Shown here in pieces: positions 1 to 12,135 of a stretch of 64,000 bases of DNA. The notes below the pieces were generated by a model. That model ran no database searches and was not told the origin of the DNA. It saw nothing but the letters and a program-made list of their open reading frames with translations. Source of the DNA: Eledone cirrhosa (lineage: Eukaryota); the NCBI GenBank assembly GCA_964016885.1, contig OZ024743.1, positions 288,982,001 to 289,046,000 on the forward strand. Reading direction: 5' to 3'. The stretch's first letter is position 1. The number at the start of each line of letters is the position of its first letter. Both the position numbers and the translations under genes were made by a program.

Positions 1-2669
1 CTAGATTCTATAAGGAAAATAATATGTTCAAAAACAACCAAAGAAACTTCTACAGAAAAATTGGTAAGTCAACAATAACTGCTAAATCAATACCACCCAA
101 GGAGGAAGTGTAAGAATTCTGGGAAAAGATCTGGGCCGAAGAAAAAGTTCATAACATACATGCCCCATGGATAGACAGACAAATGAAAGATACAGCTCAC
201 CTTGAGGAACAAATATGGGAAAATATAACAGTTGAACAGTTGCGCTTGGCTCTAAGAAAAACCAGCAAATGGAAATCCCCAGGAAAAGACAAAATACAAA
301 ACTTTTGGATAAATGCCTTCACAGAGTCTCATGAGCTGTTAGCCCAACTTTACAATGAAATAGTTAAGGAGCCAGAAAAGATACCATCATGGCTAGTTAA
401 CGGCATTACATTCCTGCCTCCGAAGAATGATGAGACAAACAATCCCCAAAATTACAGACCGATAACTTGCTTGACCACAATGTATAAAATTTTAACATCA
501 GTCCTAACTGAATACACATATGACCACCTGATAACAAATGACCTATTTCCCATTGAGCAGAAAGGGTGTAAACGAGGCTCATATGGCTGTAAGGATCAGA
601 TTCTGGTTAACAAAATGATACTGGAAGATTGTCATAATAGACACAAAAATCTATCGATTGCTTGGATAGATTATAAAAAAGCATTCGATAGTTTGCCACA
701 CAGTTGGATTGAAAAATGTTTAGAGATTTTCAAAATATCCCCCGTTGTCAGGAGGTTTTTGTCATTCAGTATGAAGACATGGAAAACGACACTCCTTTTG
801 AATAGTGAAACAAAATCACTGGAAGCTGGAGAAGTTAATATTAATTGTGGAATTTTTCAGGGTGACTCTTTATCACCGCTTTTATTCTGCATCGCACTTA
901 TACCATTAAGTAAAATGCTCAATGAAACAAAACATGGATATAAAGTCTATGACAAAACCATTAATCACCTGTTCTACATGGATGACCTGAAACTATTTGC
1001 AAAAAATGATGAACAATTGCAAGGGCTATTATCCACTGTGGAGCAGTTCAGTGATGACATTAAAATGGAGTTTGGACTAGATAAATGCGCCAAAGCAACG
1101 TTCACCAGAGGAAAGCTGCTGAAGAGTTCAGACATTAATCTTGATCGGGGGAACGTGATAAGAGAACTTGATCAAGAAAAAACTTACAAATATCTAGGTG
1201 TTTGTGAAGGAGACGGAATCAAGCACTCGACAATGAGGGAAAGGATAAGGAAGGAATGTTACCGCAGAGTCAGAGCAATCTTAAGAACGGAATTGAATGC
1301 AAGGAATAGGATCGATGCCATAAACACGCTTGCCATACCAGTAGTAACCTACAGTTACAATGTCATCAACTGGTCAAGCACAGAGATCCGTAGGCTCGAT
1401 ACAAAAATTCGAAAATTCTTAACCATGCACAGAATGCATCACCCTAAGGCAGATATAGATAGAATATATCTCCCTAGGAAAGAAGGAGGACGTGGGTTAA
1501 TCCAGTTAGACATTGCGTTGAAAACTGCAACAATTGGATTATCTACATATCTAAGGGAATCACATGATTGGATGATCAAACTCGTTTTGAAACACGAAAG
1601 CATCAAAAGATCATATTCCATTACAAAAGATGCACAAAGATACAGTAATGGACTACAAATTTCAGAAGTCCCATTTACTGCTGAAATGGAAAACACAGAA
1701 AAAGCAAAGCAGGTAAAAGTAACTGCAAAGAAAGAACTGCTACAGAAACTGGCTAAGAAATGGCAAGAAAAGCCTCTGTATGGAAAATACCCAGAGCGAG
1801 CTAACAATCCTGATGTTGACAAAACTTTAACCCATCAGTGGTTGGCATCCTCTGGACTGAAATCGGAGACTGAAGGACTGATTATATCAGCACAAGATCA
1901 GTGTCTGCCAACAAAAAATTACCAAGCCAACATAATAAAAAATGGGTGCAGCCCATTATGCCGTGTATGCAAAAAACAACCAGAGACCATTGACCATATA
2001 ATTTCAATGTGCAGTCCTATAGCTCCAACCGAATACCTAAACAGGCATGACAGAGCTGCACAATACATACATTGGATAATGTGTACGCATTTTGACCTGC
2101 CCCATCAAAAGAATTGGTGGGAGCATCAACCACCTCCCATACTTGAAAAAGATCACATCTCAATCTTGTGGAACTTTAGCATCCAAACAGACCGAAAAAT
2201 AGATGCAAATAGACCTGATATAATATTGAAGGACTTTAAAAAGAGGGTATGCCTGCTAATTGATATGTCTGTTCCAATAGACAAGAATGTATCTATAAAA
2301 ACATTTGAAAAATTGAGCAAGTATAAGGACCTGGAGATAGAAATTGGAAAAATGTGGAAATTGAGAACTAAAACAATACCAGTGGTTGTAGGCGCTCTGG
2401 GAATGATACCTAAGGGGTCTAATGATTACATATCGCAAATCCCAGGAAACCCGCGTATAGGAGAAATACAAAAGATAGTACTAATGGGAACTGCCCATAT
2501 ACTAAGGAAGATTCTGTCAATATGAGTACATCACAAGTCTAAACACTAAAGATGCATGTGTGAATATGTATGTTCTTTCTTGAACATGGCGGACCTTGTT
2601 GTCTCTTGAGGTCACTGGTTGTGACTTGGTGATAACTCGTATGAACATAAAGCAAGATAAATGCAACTA
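1..2669 (+). mobile_element. R4/Dong-clade non-LTR retrotransposon (RT + CCHC finger + restriction-like endonuclease); 5' part lies outside the window
   Basis: Single long ORF with RT followed by an RLE domain; short 3' UTR (2526-2669) running directly into (TAA)7 at 2670-2690, the known target type of Dong elements. Confidence 0.9.
183..2525 (+). CDS. Reverse transcriptase / RLE endonuclease ORF of the R4/Dong-like element (780-aa open segment; reading frame extends upstream through one TAA at 111-113)
   Basis: RT motifs NYRPITCL, IDYKKAFDS, GIFQGDSLSPLLF, YMDDLKL, YKYLG; zinc finger CRVC...HIISMC followed by RHD; RLE motifs RPDIIL...LIDMSVP...KYKDL...PVVVGALG. Upstream in frame: ...NQRNFYRKIG...PPKEEV*EFWEKIW. 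Confidence 0.92.
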   Translation: MKDTAHLEEQIWENITVEQLRLALRKTSKWKSPGKDKIQNFWINAFTESHELLAQLYNEIVKEPEKIPSWLVNGITFLPPKNDETNNPQNYRPITCLTTMYKILTSVLTEYTYDHLITNDLFPIEQKGCKRGSYGCKDQILVNKMILEDCHNRHKNLSIAWIDYKKAFDSLPHSWIEKCLEIFKISPVVRRFLSFSMKTWKTTLLLNSETKSLEAGEVNINCGIFQGDSLSPLLFCIALIPLSKMLNETKHGYKVYDKTINHLFYMDDLKLFAKNDEQLQGLLSTVEQFSDDIKMEFGLDKCAKATFTRGKLLKSSDINLDRGNVIRELDQEKTYKYLGVCEGDGIKHSTMRERIRKECYRRVRAILRTELNARNRIDAINTLAIPVVTYSYNVINWSSTEIRRLDTKIRKFLTMHRMHHPKADIDRIYLPRKEGGRGLIQLDIALKTATIGLSTYLRESHDWMIKLVLKHESIKRSYSITKDAQRYSNGLQISEVPFTAEMENTEKAKQVKVTAKKELLQKLAKKWQEKPLYGKYPERANNPDVDKTLTHQWLASSGLKSETEGLIISAQDQCLPTKNYQANIIKNGCSPLCRVCKKQPETIDHIISMCSPIAPTEYLNRHDRAAQYIHWIMCTHFDLPHQKNWWEHQPPPILEKDHISILWNFSIQTDRKIDANRPDIILKDFKKRVCLLIDMSVPIDKNVSIKTFEKLSKYKDLEIEIGKMWKLRTKTIPVVVGALGMIPKGSNDYISQIPGNPRIGEIQKIVLMGTAHILRKILSI

Positions 2670-2770
2670 TAATAATAATAATAATAATAATGATGATTTC
2701 TACTATAGGTGCAAAGCCAGCAATTTGGAATGGAGTGGGATTTCGATGAAATCGACATCGGTTCGTATCT
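2670..2770 (-). repeat. (TAA)n tract plus degraded antisense SINE 3' end
   Basis: ATGATTTCTACTATAGGTGCAAAGCCAGCAATT is the reverse complement of the SINE 3' end (AATTGCTGGCCTTGTGCCTAAAGTAGAAAYMATTA); the TAA run is probably the SINE tail. Confidence 0.55.
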
Positions 2771-3044
2771 GGATAATAATAATAAAGATATGGGCTTCTT
2801 GTATTGACCGGAGGGGTGCATGACGTTGGGGACAATAATATACCCCTCCTATATTTATAAATCCCCAACAATCAATATTCAAATTATACATATAAACAAT
2901 ACATTAATTTCTGTAAATCATGTAATTTGTATAAAACAAAATAAACACACCTAACAGATAAGCAAAAAATATAAAATAAAAATAAATAAAATAATTAAAA
3001 GAACAAAAACAATTAAGGAAAAGTAACAACTAATAAAAACAATT

Positions 3045-3143
3045 GTTTTTTCTTTTTGCACAAGGCCAGCAATTACCCCAGTTCATTACTAGTGCTTTAT
3101 TTTATCGACCCCATAAGGATGAAAAGCAAAGTTAACCTCGGCG
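3045..3143 (-). mobile_element. tRNA-derived SINE family A, 5'-truncated copy
   Basis: Reverse complement of the body and 3' end of the 9695-9876 copy (CAAGGCCAGCAATTACCC...TTTATCGACCCCATAAGGATGAAAAGCAAAGTTAACCTCGGCG). Confidence 0.8.
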
Positions 3144-4214
3144 TCCGACCCTCAACTGACGCATAAAGATAATAAAACATAACCTATCCGAACTCTAAAA
3201 AAGCTATATAATACTGACCAACAAAACTGAATAAAGGCAACAAAAACATAACTACACAAAAAAAGACCCCAAAAACACACGAGAAAGATTTGAAAATAGA
3301 GTATCCAAAATCTGGAAAATCTGAAAATGATAATCTAATGGTAAAAAATGTTTGAGAATTACACACAATAGATTTTCTTACGATGAGCCAAAGTTCATTC
3401 CGAATATAAAACTGAACGATAAAACAGAAATAACAATTTAAAATATGCTAATTTGCCTATCACGGGATTAATCAAATCAGCTACAAACCTTAATATCATA
3501 AGTTTTAGTGAAGTGATATATGCAATAGAGACTTGCGTCGAATGCTTGCAACAAAGTAAACACCGCTAAATGTCCAGACGGAACACTTTGTCGTATTACT
3601 CAACGTGGTGGATAAGTCTATCCCCCAAGAAGTCGAACATTAAAGAGTCGGAATATATACAGCCAATCTATGGCTTTGGATTAGCGCTTCATTCTCCTGA
3701 ATCCGAAATAACGAAAGTCAAATTGAACCACGTCGGAGTTTGGATTCAAGGCTCGGAAAGCCGGATCAGCTATTTCAAGGTATGGTTTTGTGTACTCTAA
3801 AGTAACTGAATGATAGCAGACTGATATCCTGGAGAATTTTATATAAACTGAGCACGTACTCAATAAAAATTAGTGGGAAAAGTACATATAATATCTAGGT
3901 TCTAGACAACAAATTAAACAATTAAAACGAATCGATACATACAAGTTACATAATCAATGCTGCTATTGTTGTTGTTTAAACTCAGGGCAATATTATTCAG
4001 TGCATTCTTCTTGCTTTGCTGTAACCTTACTTCCATCTATATACAACTAAATACGTTCCATTCATGACTATTCTGTTGTTTTAGTAATGTTTCCTTTTTA
4101 TGAAGCTTTGTTGTAATATAAGGAATATTTGGTTACTGTTTCTAGCAAATAAAACGAAAACGTACAGGCCCGTGTACGAGTAGATTAATCTAGTAAGTTA
4201 CGACATACACATGT

Positions 4215-4515
4215 GAATGCTCGGCAATCATGAGGTCCTGATTTCGATTCCACAATGTGATATCTTGGACGAATATCTTCAATATTACCTACAGTGTATC
4301 TCAGTGAAATTGTAAATGCATGTCATATGAATTCTAACTCTATTTCAAAAGTCCAGCCGTATCAGATATTGTGTTAAACTGATTCAGTTTGTGAATTATA
4401 TTAGGGTTACATGTACATGTGAAACTCACAGCCACTTACACGTTATATAGATACACGGACACCCAGTTGAATAAAAACACCGAATGATCAATGTTGGTAC
4501 AGACGAAGTTAAACA
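4215..4515 (+). mobile_element. Older, degraded tRNA-derived SINE (family B); related 3' part at ~28680-28820
   Basis: B-box-like ATTTCGATTCC after CATGAGGTCCTG; 3' part (ACATGTGAAACTCACAGCCACTTACACGTTA) resembles 28730-28765 (ACATGTCTGTAGAATTCTCAATCACTTACCCGTTA). Confidence 0.45.
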
Positions 4516-4849
4516 CTAGGAGAGTAAATTTTATAAAGATAATGACATAAAAAACAAAGAAATGAATAACAAATATAAGAAAATAGACACTACACTACAC
4601 AGAGTGTTTAGAGGGGGCCGATGTTCACTTTGAATTTCAACATTTCGTGATCAATGAAACAAGTGCCAGTATAGAGCATCTGCGCCACATTCACCTTCCA
4701 GTAATCACATTATGGAGGTTTTGCTGGTACACGTGTGGAAAAGTCGAGGCAGTGTCTGTGGCTGCACGAAAATCCCTGGTTGAAAGCACGGTTCTTACTA
4801 GTCTTACATGGTTCTTTCAAGTCCAACGCACGGTAGCGACGAATGCTGC

Positions 4850-4985
4850 TGTTGTACTGTTGGAATATATATCTTTTAAGTGCAATGTTTCGCTTGTAGA
4901 ATTCAACAGGCTTCAAACACAAAACTGTGCCTTTTTGTATAGCATGTCAAAATCAATATAATTTTATTTTAAAGATGTTTGTAAA
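4850..4985 (-). repeat. Dispersed repeat with a degenerate hammerhead-like motif; second copy at 12431-12575
   Basis: Both copies share TGTTTCGCTTGTARAATTCAACAGGCTTCAAA and downstream sequence; the minus strand reads TTGAAGCCTGT...ACAAGCGAAACA (stem II + GAAA, catalytic core decayed). Confidence 0.6.
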
Positions 4986-5977
4986 TGCATACACAAATTC
5001 ATACATACATACATGATCATGGCTGCAACTCGATTTCGATGAATGCCAACGCTCGATACTTAAGCTTAAGCATCACGGACGTGGTTTTTCAGTGGACTTA
5101 CCTGTGGCCAGCAATACAATGCATCGCAAAAAATGTTACATATCAAGCGATGCCTGTATTTGAAGCTTTTTTAAGTGAGGAAAAGCACGGGACCAATCCC
5201 TCTCTCTGAACATCGAATGCATTTTCCAAAAAAGAAGAACTGATCTACATCCTCGAATGCAAAAGAAGTCGTTATTTTTATATCAGAGGGTTCTTCCTCT
5301 AGAGATATGGCTTAGTAAAGACTAGGAGTCTCTTGCTCCACAAAGAAACAACTTTATAGGATGACCGTTGACTCTTCTGAGTTCTTCAGCCCTTTGACGG
5401 CTCTTTTTTCAACTCGCAAAGTTTCCAAAATCACCCTCCTCAACAGGTAAGCTTGGTAGGGTTTCCGGTTTAGTCACCGACGATCGGACCATGCACATGT
5501 TGTACTGGGTTACATGTTACTAGTAGCGCATAAGACCGACCTGACACATACATGCATACATACATACAAACATACACACACACACACATAGACAAACGCA
5601 GACATACTTACACATGTGTATTATAATATTATTATTACGTTATCTATTCTACCCCCACGCAACGAATGTGATATGCAATAAATAGGTAGATAAGAGATCT
5701 AAAGATTTCAGAGACAAAATTGCAGAGGAATTAGTCATCGCATTGTGAATAATCCCATCATGAACTAACATAGACATAATACACGTACCATGAATAGTGA
5801 GAGGAGACGAGATGGTACAGAAATAGAGGACTATTAGAAAATAACCACAGTAGGTCTAGAAAAAACTAAGACTGATTTGTATCAGAGAGGAAATGAGAAG
5901 TGAACATGCTTCTATTTCCTCTCATATATATATATTATACACACACATATGTGTGTGTGTCTGTGTGTATGTGTATG

Positions 5978-6020
<43 letters not shown>

Positions 6021-6424
6021 ACATGTGTAATTTAGATAACTTAGACCGGGCAAAAGTAGAGAAGGAAGGTGATCTGAGTTTCTCTATATGCGTACATGAA
6101 TATATGAAAATTAATTATTAGAAAATATAATACTGAATTCTTGAATAAACATATTCATTGGTTTAAAATTGTTTCAGAAATTATATCAAAATTCAGTTCA
6201 TTAAAAAGAAAATTATCGATTATATAATCGATAAGAGTAGATGACAATATAACTAAACTAAGAAACGATCTCCTCTTCAGAACCAAAAAGAAAATAAACA
6301 TAAAATTTAAATATACATGTCACGTAAGATAGGGACTACATAAAATGTAAAATGGAAAGCATACCACTCATCATATTTAAACGGTTAACCTCTTTGAATT
6401 TAAAATGTATTTTAATTCTGTTTC

Positions 6425-6605
6425 GGTCCTTCATTATATGGCTGATCTGGGATGTATCAGTATATTAACTACCAACACACTATATCAGACAACGTTTGGC
6501 GCCCCTGATTACTTAGCAGCAATAAGCGAAATTAAGCACAATTCAGCAGTAGGCCCCGATAGGTACCCTGCTTGTGTCCTGAAGGTGTGTCGACACTGGC
6601 TTTGT
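6425..6605 (+). pseudogene. Diverged fragment of the same CR1-like LINE family as 14183-19530
   Basis: MADLGCIS...FGAPDYLAAISEIKHNSAVGPDRYPACVLK matches MADLGCISD...FGAPNVLAAIKELN at 15520-15680. Confidence 0.8.
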
Positions 6606-6801
6606 TGAACAAACAGGTGGCAATCGGTCACCGGCACGGAACAGCTTTACTTTATTTGAATATTATTATTAATTTTCGATATAATCCATACACACATATG
6701 TATATATGTATATATGGATTATATATATATGTATGTATACTTACATTTATGTATCCGCTGTGCTAGGGCGAGAAATATAATTCTAATTTCATTTTATACA
6801 T

Positions 6802-6847
<46 letters not shown>

Positions 6848-6851
<4 letters not shown>

Positions 6852-7185
6852 CTACCAAATTATACGGTAGTGTCCAATCCGTATGAAGAACTCAATGTAA
6901 TTCAAATATCATGAAAAGAGAAGATGTATTCAAAAATGTTGATGAAAATCACAGAAAATCAGAGTTAAGATAAATTAATAAAACAATGAATAAAAACAAA
7001 GAAACAGTTCCTTATATTAAAAAATTTATCATTTTACGATCGTTTCTAGGATATATGTGTGTGTGTTGGTATCTATATGATATACATACCAACACACACA
7101 TATATATCCTAGAAACGATCGTAAAATGATTAATTTTTTTTAATATAAGGAACTGTTTCTTTGTTTTTATTCATTGTTTTTATTA

Positions 7186-7191
<6 letters not shown>
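6848..7191. mobile_element. Fold-back PLE-derived remnant: ~103-bp inverted arms (6970-7072 / 7086-7191) carrying the 3' half of a hammerhead
   Basis: Arms are near-perfect reverse complements; GAAAC-GATC-GTA (stem III with palindromic loop and GUA site) at 7112-7123; flanked on both sides by (TA)n. Confidence 0.65.
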
Positions 7192-7232
<41 letters not shown>

Positions 7233-7405
7233 GATATAAGGGTTGACGGACCCAGCATATTTATCAATGTCAGTAACGGTTGTATCTCAGCGCACTCAAT
7301 GGGAAATGTAAGATACATTACCAGAGTATACACATAGTTATTTGCCTCAACACAATACACGTAAAACGGGTGCCTATATTTATGTGTGTGTGTGAGTATA
7401 TATAT

Positions 7406-7480
<75 letters not shown>

Positions 7481-7481
<1 letters not shown>

Positions 7482-7763
7482 CGAAGGAATTGTGGTAAGG
7501 AACCAGATGGACCATAACGCACCAGAGTACTGATGTTGTTCTACAGGCAAGTTCAGCCACCCCTACCTCCCACCAAATGCCATGATAGATTTATTTGTGT
7601 TTACAACAAATTTTGACCAATCCTCTTGACAACTACAAACTTCCCATATAAGGAAGTACCCCTTGACAAGTTCGGCTATTTATTTACCAGGCTAAACATT
7701 CTAATTTAGTCCACAAATAGCCGTCGAAACGGCTTGAGCTCTGCCGTCGGGGCCATACCTTTT

Positions 7764-7767
<4 letters not shown>
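7481..7767. mobile_element. PLE-type terminal repeat remnant; related copies at 20143-20265 and 50732-50899
   Basis: ACGAAGGAAWTGTGGTAAGGAACCAGRTGGACCATAACGCACCARAGTACT is shared with 20143; hammerhead 3' half GAAACGGC-TTGAGCTCT-GCCGTC at 7726-7748; between (TA)n tracts. Confidence 0.65.
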
Positions 7768-7806
<39 letters not shown>

Positions 7807-7840
7807 TATATATCGATATAAGAAATGTTGAATTGTTGAT

Positions 7841-8825
7841 CATGCAAATTAGGTGCTAAAATACGAAGCTGGGGGCACTCACATAGATATTGATATTTGT
7901 ACAACAATTTTAATATCTTGCATAAAAAACATAAAGCTTATAATTAGTTAGAACAATGAAATACTACTTACATTAAATTACCAATACATTTTTATAATAA
8001 ATACCTAGACCATGTTGTGTCTGGTCCTGAGCAAACACAATCATAACGTAAATTAAGATGATAATTATGAATGTTAAGATACAAGCGTCCGTTAGCGGGC
8101 TGATCTTAATTAATTAATTAATCATACAAGACATTAACTGCCCATAATTAAGTTTGAGTCGGAACACCGGTCGCTCTCCGACAGGTTCGCGGTCGTGCCT
8201 TTGGCAGTGGAGACTCTCGGTATCCTTGGCTCTAGGGCTACCTCCCTATTCACCACCATAGGCGCTGAGCTGGCCAGCCGCAGGTGTGAGCCTCGCGAGT
8301 TGGAATGACTCTTCCAGCGGATCTCTCTTACCATCCTCCGAGAAAACACCTTCTCCATCCTGTCCGCCGGGGCTATGGGGAGGCCAGCACGTGGGACCCC
8401 ATTTGCTCACCATACGGATTAATAGGCAGAGTTATAAACTATTGTTTCTACCGGTTGGAAGTCGGTGTTACAGTTCTGTGTTTTTCAAATCACGTATTGA
8501 ATGTTGGGTGATCTGGAAACTGACACAGTCGTGGATAGTGTTAGTCAGAGGCAAGCTTAAAAATGCTTTTCTCAAACTAAGATGCATCTCAACCATTTAT
8601 ATTGTAAAAAGCTGAAATGTGAATACAATGGAAATATTTATAAAATATATATTGTCTTGACTACTAACAGCTCGATGCAAATTAGGCGCTAAAAAACAAA
8701 CCGGAGGGCATTTACATGGATGTTGTTATAGGTACAACAATATCTAATACCTTGCATAAAAATCTGCAAAACTTTTAATCAATTAAAACAATGAAATAAT
8801 ACTTCGATTATATTAGCAATATATA
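7841..8825 (+). repeat. Diverged ~150-bp direct repeat pair (7841-7990 and 8676-8825)
   Basis: ATGCAAATTAGGYGCTAAAA...GTACAACAAT...CTTGCATAAAAA...AACAATGAAATA present in both copies. Confidence 0.7.
8150..8378 (+). pseudogene. C-terminal RLE fragment of a CRE-clade-like non-LTR retrotransposon
   Basis: My translation from 8150: KFESEHRSLSDRFAVVPLAVETLGILGSRATSLFTTIGAELASRRCEPRELE*LFQRISLTILRENTFSIL. This matches the CRE-type C-terminus (PLA.ET.G..G...QR.S....R.NA). GC-richer than the flanks. Confidence 0.65.
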
Positions 8826-9694
8826 GTTCTAATATAGGGTGTATGTTTAAAAGAATATGAAATAAACTCAGAAATATTATAGCAAATGTTCGGAACTTTA
8901 TACAGAATCCAAAGCATTTAGGAATATTTCCTTTTCAAGGAAATATTTAGCGTTAACATTTTACGTCTGTTTTTCATGGCGTGCATGATGTGGACGAAGT
9001 CCGAAGCTTCTACGTTTTCGTGGATGTTTAGCGACTGAGAGTACAAGACAACATAGGGCATCAATTCATCGCACGTAACAATGAATACTAACCTGCTGTT
9101 GGTAGTATTTATTGTTGGCTGAATGAACTGGGCGAAGGGAAATGACTTACACAAGGATACAATACATCGTCCGTTCAAAGAAACCAACCGTTCATTCGCT
9201 AATTACACTAATCCCCAGGTCACACATCTTCCAGAGAAAAAACAACAACTTTTTAATATAATGCATTCGTCACATCACGTAGCCAATCTGCAATATATGT
9301 TATTTACTGACGAGAAAAATAATATTATGACTTTGTGCAGATAATTTGTATTTCACCATGAAAATCAACAGGAGTAAGGTATAATATGGGATAGAGATAT
9401 AGAATACATAATGATATAGAATATAATATTGGTTAAAGAGAGTAATAGATATAGTAATAAAAGGAGGAATATTAAACATGCATGATTTCTAAGTTAGGCA
9501 CAAATCAAACAATTTGAGGGGCGGGGAAAAGTCTGTTATATGCACAACAGTACTTGACTGATACATTGCTTTATCAACTTCAAAAGGAAGAAAGACAAAA
9601 CATCTTCAGGAATGATTCTAGTTGCATGGTGCTTTTAAAAACAGTTGAAAGTATCAATGAGATGTAAAGTTTGCCGGAAGGGATTATCTGCTTG

Positions 9695-9876
9695 CGGTGG
9701 ATTGGCAGTATCGGTGGAGGGTCGGACGCCATGCTTTCCAGCATAGTTACGTCCCTTTACGATCTGAGTTCAAATCCCGCCGAGGTTGACTTTGCCTTTC
9801 ATCCTTACGGGGTCGATAAAATAAAGTACCAGTAATGCACTGGGTAATTGCTGGCCTTGTGCCTAAAGTAGAAACA
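9695..9876 (+). mobile_element. Full-length tRNA-derived SINE (family A) with 12-bp target-site duplication
   Basis: Pol III A box TGGCAGTATCGG, B box GAGTTCAAATCC, core GCCTTTCATCCTTACGGGGTCGATAAAATAAAGTACCAG; TSD ATTATCTGCTTG at 9683-9694 and 9877-9888. Confidence 0.9.
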
Positions 9877-11004
9877 ATTATCTGCTTGTTAATTATTAAT
9901 GTCGTGCAGTGCTTTCAAACCTAGTACCCTATGATTACCAAGAGACCCACATGATTTTTCAGCCAGTCTTGGTTCTAGAGCGAAATAAGTTTAGTAAAAA
10001 TAAGAAAAACATCAATATGCAAAAAATATATAAAGGAGCATTTGATATGTTAGTTCTAATATTTGGTATCATTTAAAATTAAAATAAACCTCCCCACACA
10101 CACTCGAAATTAAAGACTATATTTCCCCTTATGTGGGAAAATATTTTGTAAATATGTTTGCAAATTTACTCTATATAATCTCTCACTTTTATCTTTATTC
10201 CTTTTAACTCAATCGCCGTCATTTGATAACCTCCTCCAGTATCGCGTTTGTGTGACAGCAAGTAAATACAGATTGCAAATAATTAGATGTAGACGGATGT
10301 AGTCGTGTCAGAGAAATGATTAATTATAGAGAAAATTATTTCCTTAATATTGAAAATTGTTTGATAATAACACGTAATATACTAGATATATTTATATATT
10401 AATCAAATGTATTGAAACGAGTGGTACGAAATTCGAACGGACAGAATAGGGATGAACAACACGACAGACAGAATACATATACGAGCAAAGGACATACTAA
10501 CAAACATGAACACAAGAACTGTAAATAGATATCTGGTATAAAATAGTTCTGAGGTCCTACCTTTGTTTTCTGTACATGTCATCAAACATTCAACGAGAAG
10601 TCCTTGTCTATGTAATATTTTATCCCACGTATTTATTTACAATTTTTCTATCCGTTCAACTTGCATGTTTGTCTGTATGTGTGTCGCCGGCACATGTATG
10701 CTGTCTCTCAAGTTGTTCACATTTTCCGAAGGATATCTTTCTGATTTGGAAGTGTTGTCCTCGCTAAGGTTTTCCATCTGTCTGCTTAACAAAACAAATC
10801 ATAAATGTAGAGGAGTTGGCTGATCATTGGAATTTCCCTTCTATAACTCATGTTATGTCTCTCACTTTCCCCAGTTTTTTCTCCCACTCGTTCTGGTGTT
10901 GTTTTCTCTGTTCGTATTTTGCCCCACTCAACTTTTTGCATTTGGTTTATCATTTAAAAATGTTGGGGTTAAGCTGGAATCCGACTTCAGATCAACAAAT
11001 AAAA

Positions 11005-11750
11005 TGTTCTTGCAGACCATCTGCCAAGTATGGGATCGATGGTGAGCTTTCTGTTGCTATGATGTTTCTATACGATTGTCGGAGTATTTGTGTCTGGATA
11101 AATGGTGTTAAATCAAAACCATTCAATGTGGGAGTCGGACTCCGCCGAGGGTGTGTACTGCCACCTCCCCCGTTCATTATTCTCATGATCAGGATTGATA
11201 TGCGCAGCCGGAAGTGATTTCCGGACTGGCAAGTGTAGAATCAGTCGGCTGGAATTTGCTGACGTCATGCTATTACTTAAGTCGTCAGACGGTGAACTCC
11301 GACTTGCACATGATAGATTTTATGTTGACTGCTGCATTGCTGAAATGAAAATTAGTGTTGCAAAACGTGAAAGACTCCTCTACATAAGAAAACCTGCGCA
11401 GTGACCCTACATGTGAATGGAGTTCCACTGAAGCAGCTGGAGAATCTCAATTATCTCAGGGCCGTTTTCATGAGTAATGGAAGGTAAGAGGATGAATTAT
11501 GTACAAGAATTACCAGAAGAAGGGAGTTAGGTGTAAAAGCAAAACTTGCTACCTACAATTCGGTATTCGTGCCAACCCTTACCTATGGTCATAAATTCTG
11601 GATAAAGATGAAAAGAATATGATCATGAATACAGGCGGCCCAAATGGGGTTCCTCCGTAGGTTCTTTGGAGTAACGTTACTATTTCTCTGAATTGAGAGA
11701 ACACATCTGCGGCATGATGGCCATGGGGTAGAATGCCTTAGGAAAGAATA
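11005..11750 (+). pseudogene. Decayed RTE-clade LINE reverse transcriptase fragment
   Basis: INGVKSKPFNVGVGLRRGCVLP (motif B), CRISRLEFADVMLLL (motif C, FADD-like), MKISVAK, then AKLATYNSVFVPTLTYG; frameshifts and stops. Confidence 0.8.
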
Positions 11751-11853
11751 AGATATTAATATACATAGAGTATACTTTCATCTCTTTTTTACTTTGAACA
11801 CACTTACATATGTACATATACTAACATAGGTATGGGTAAAAGTATATGTGTGT

Positions 11854-12135
<282 letters not shown>

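Noticed and set aside
5102-5153. 52-nt minus-strand micro-exon (CAG|...CAG|GTAAGT) reading HRLICNIFCDALYCWPQ, faintly like a class B GPCR hormone-binding motif
   Set aside because: Too short, lacks the conserved W/F-D pattern, and no partner exons were found.
7841-8825. 150-bp direct repeats as LTRs of an LTR retroelement
   Set aside because: Strongly diverged, with no clear TG...CA termini, PBS/PPT or TSD; the internal coding remnant is non-LTR (CRE-like).
9695-9782. tRNA gene (A and B boxes)
   Set aside because: No cloverleaf acceptor stem; continues into a multi-copy SINE body with a TSD.
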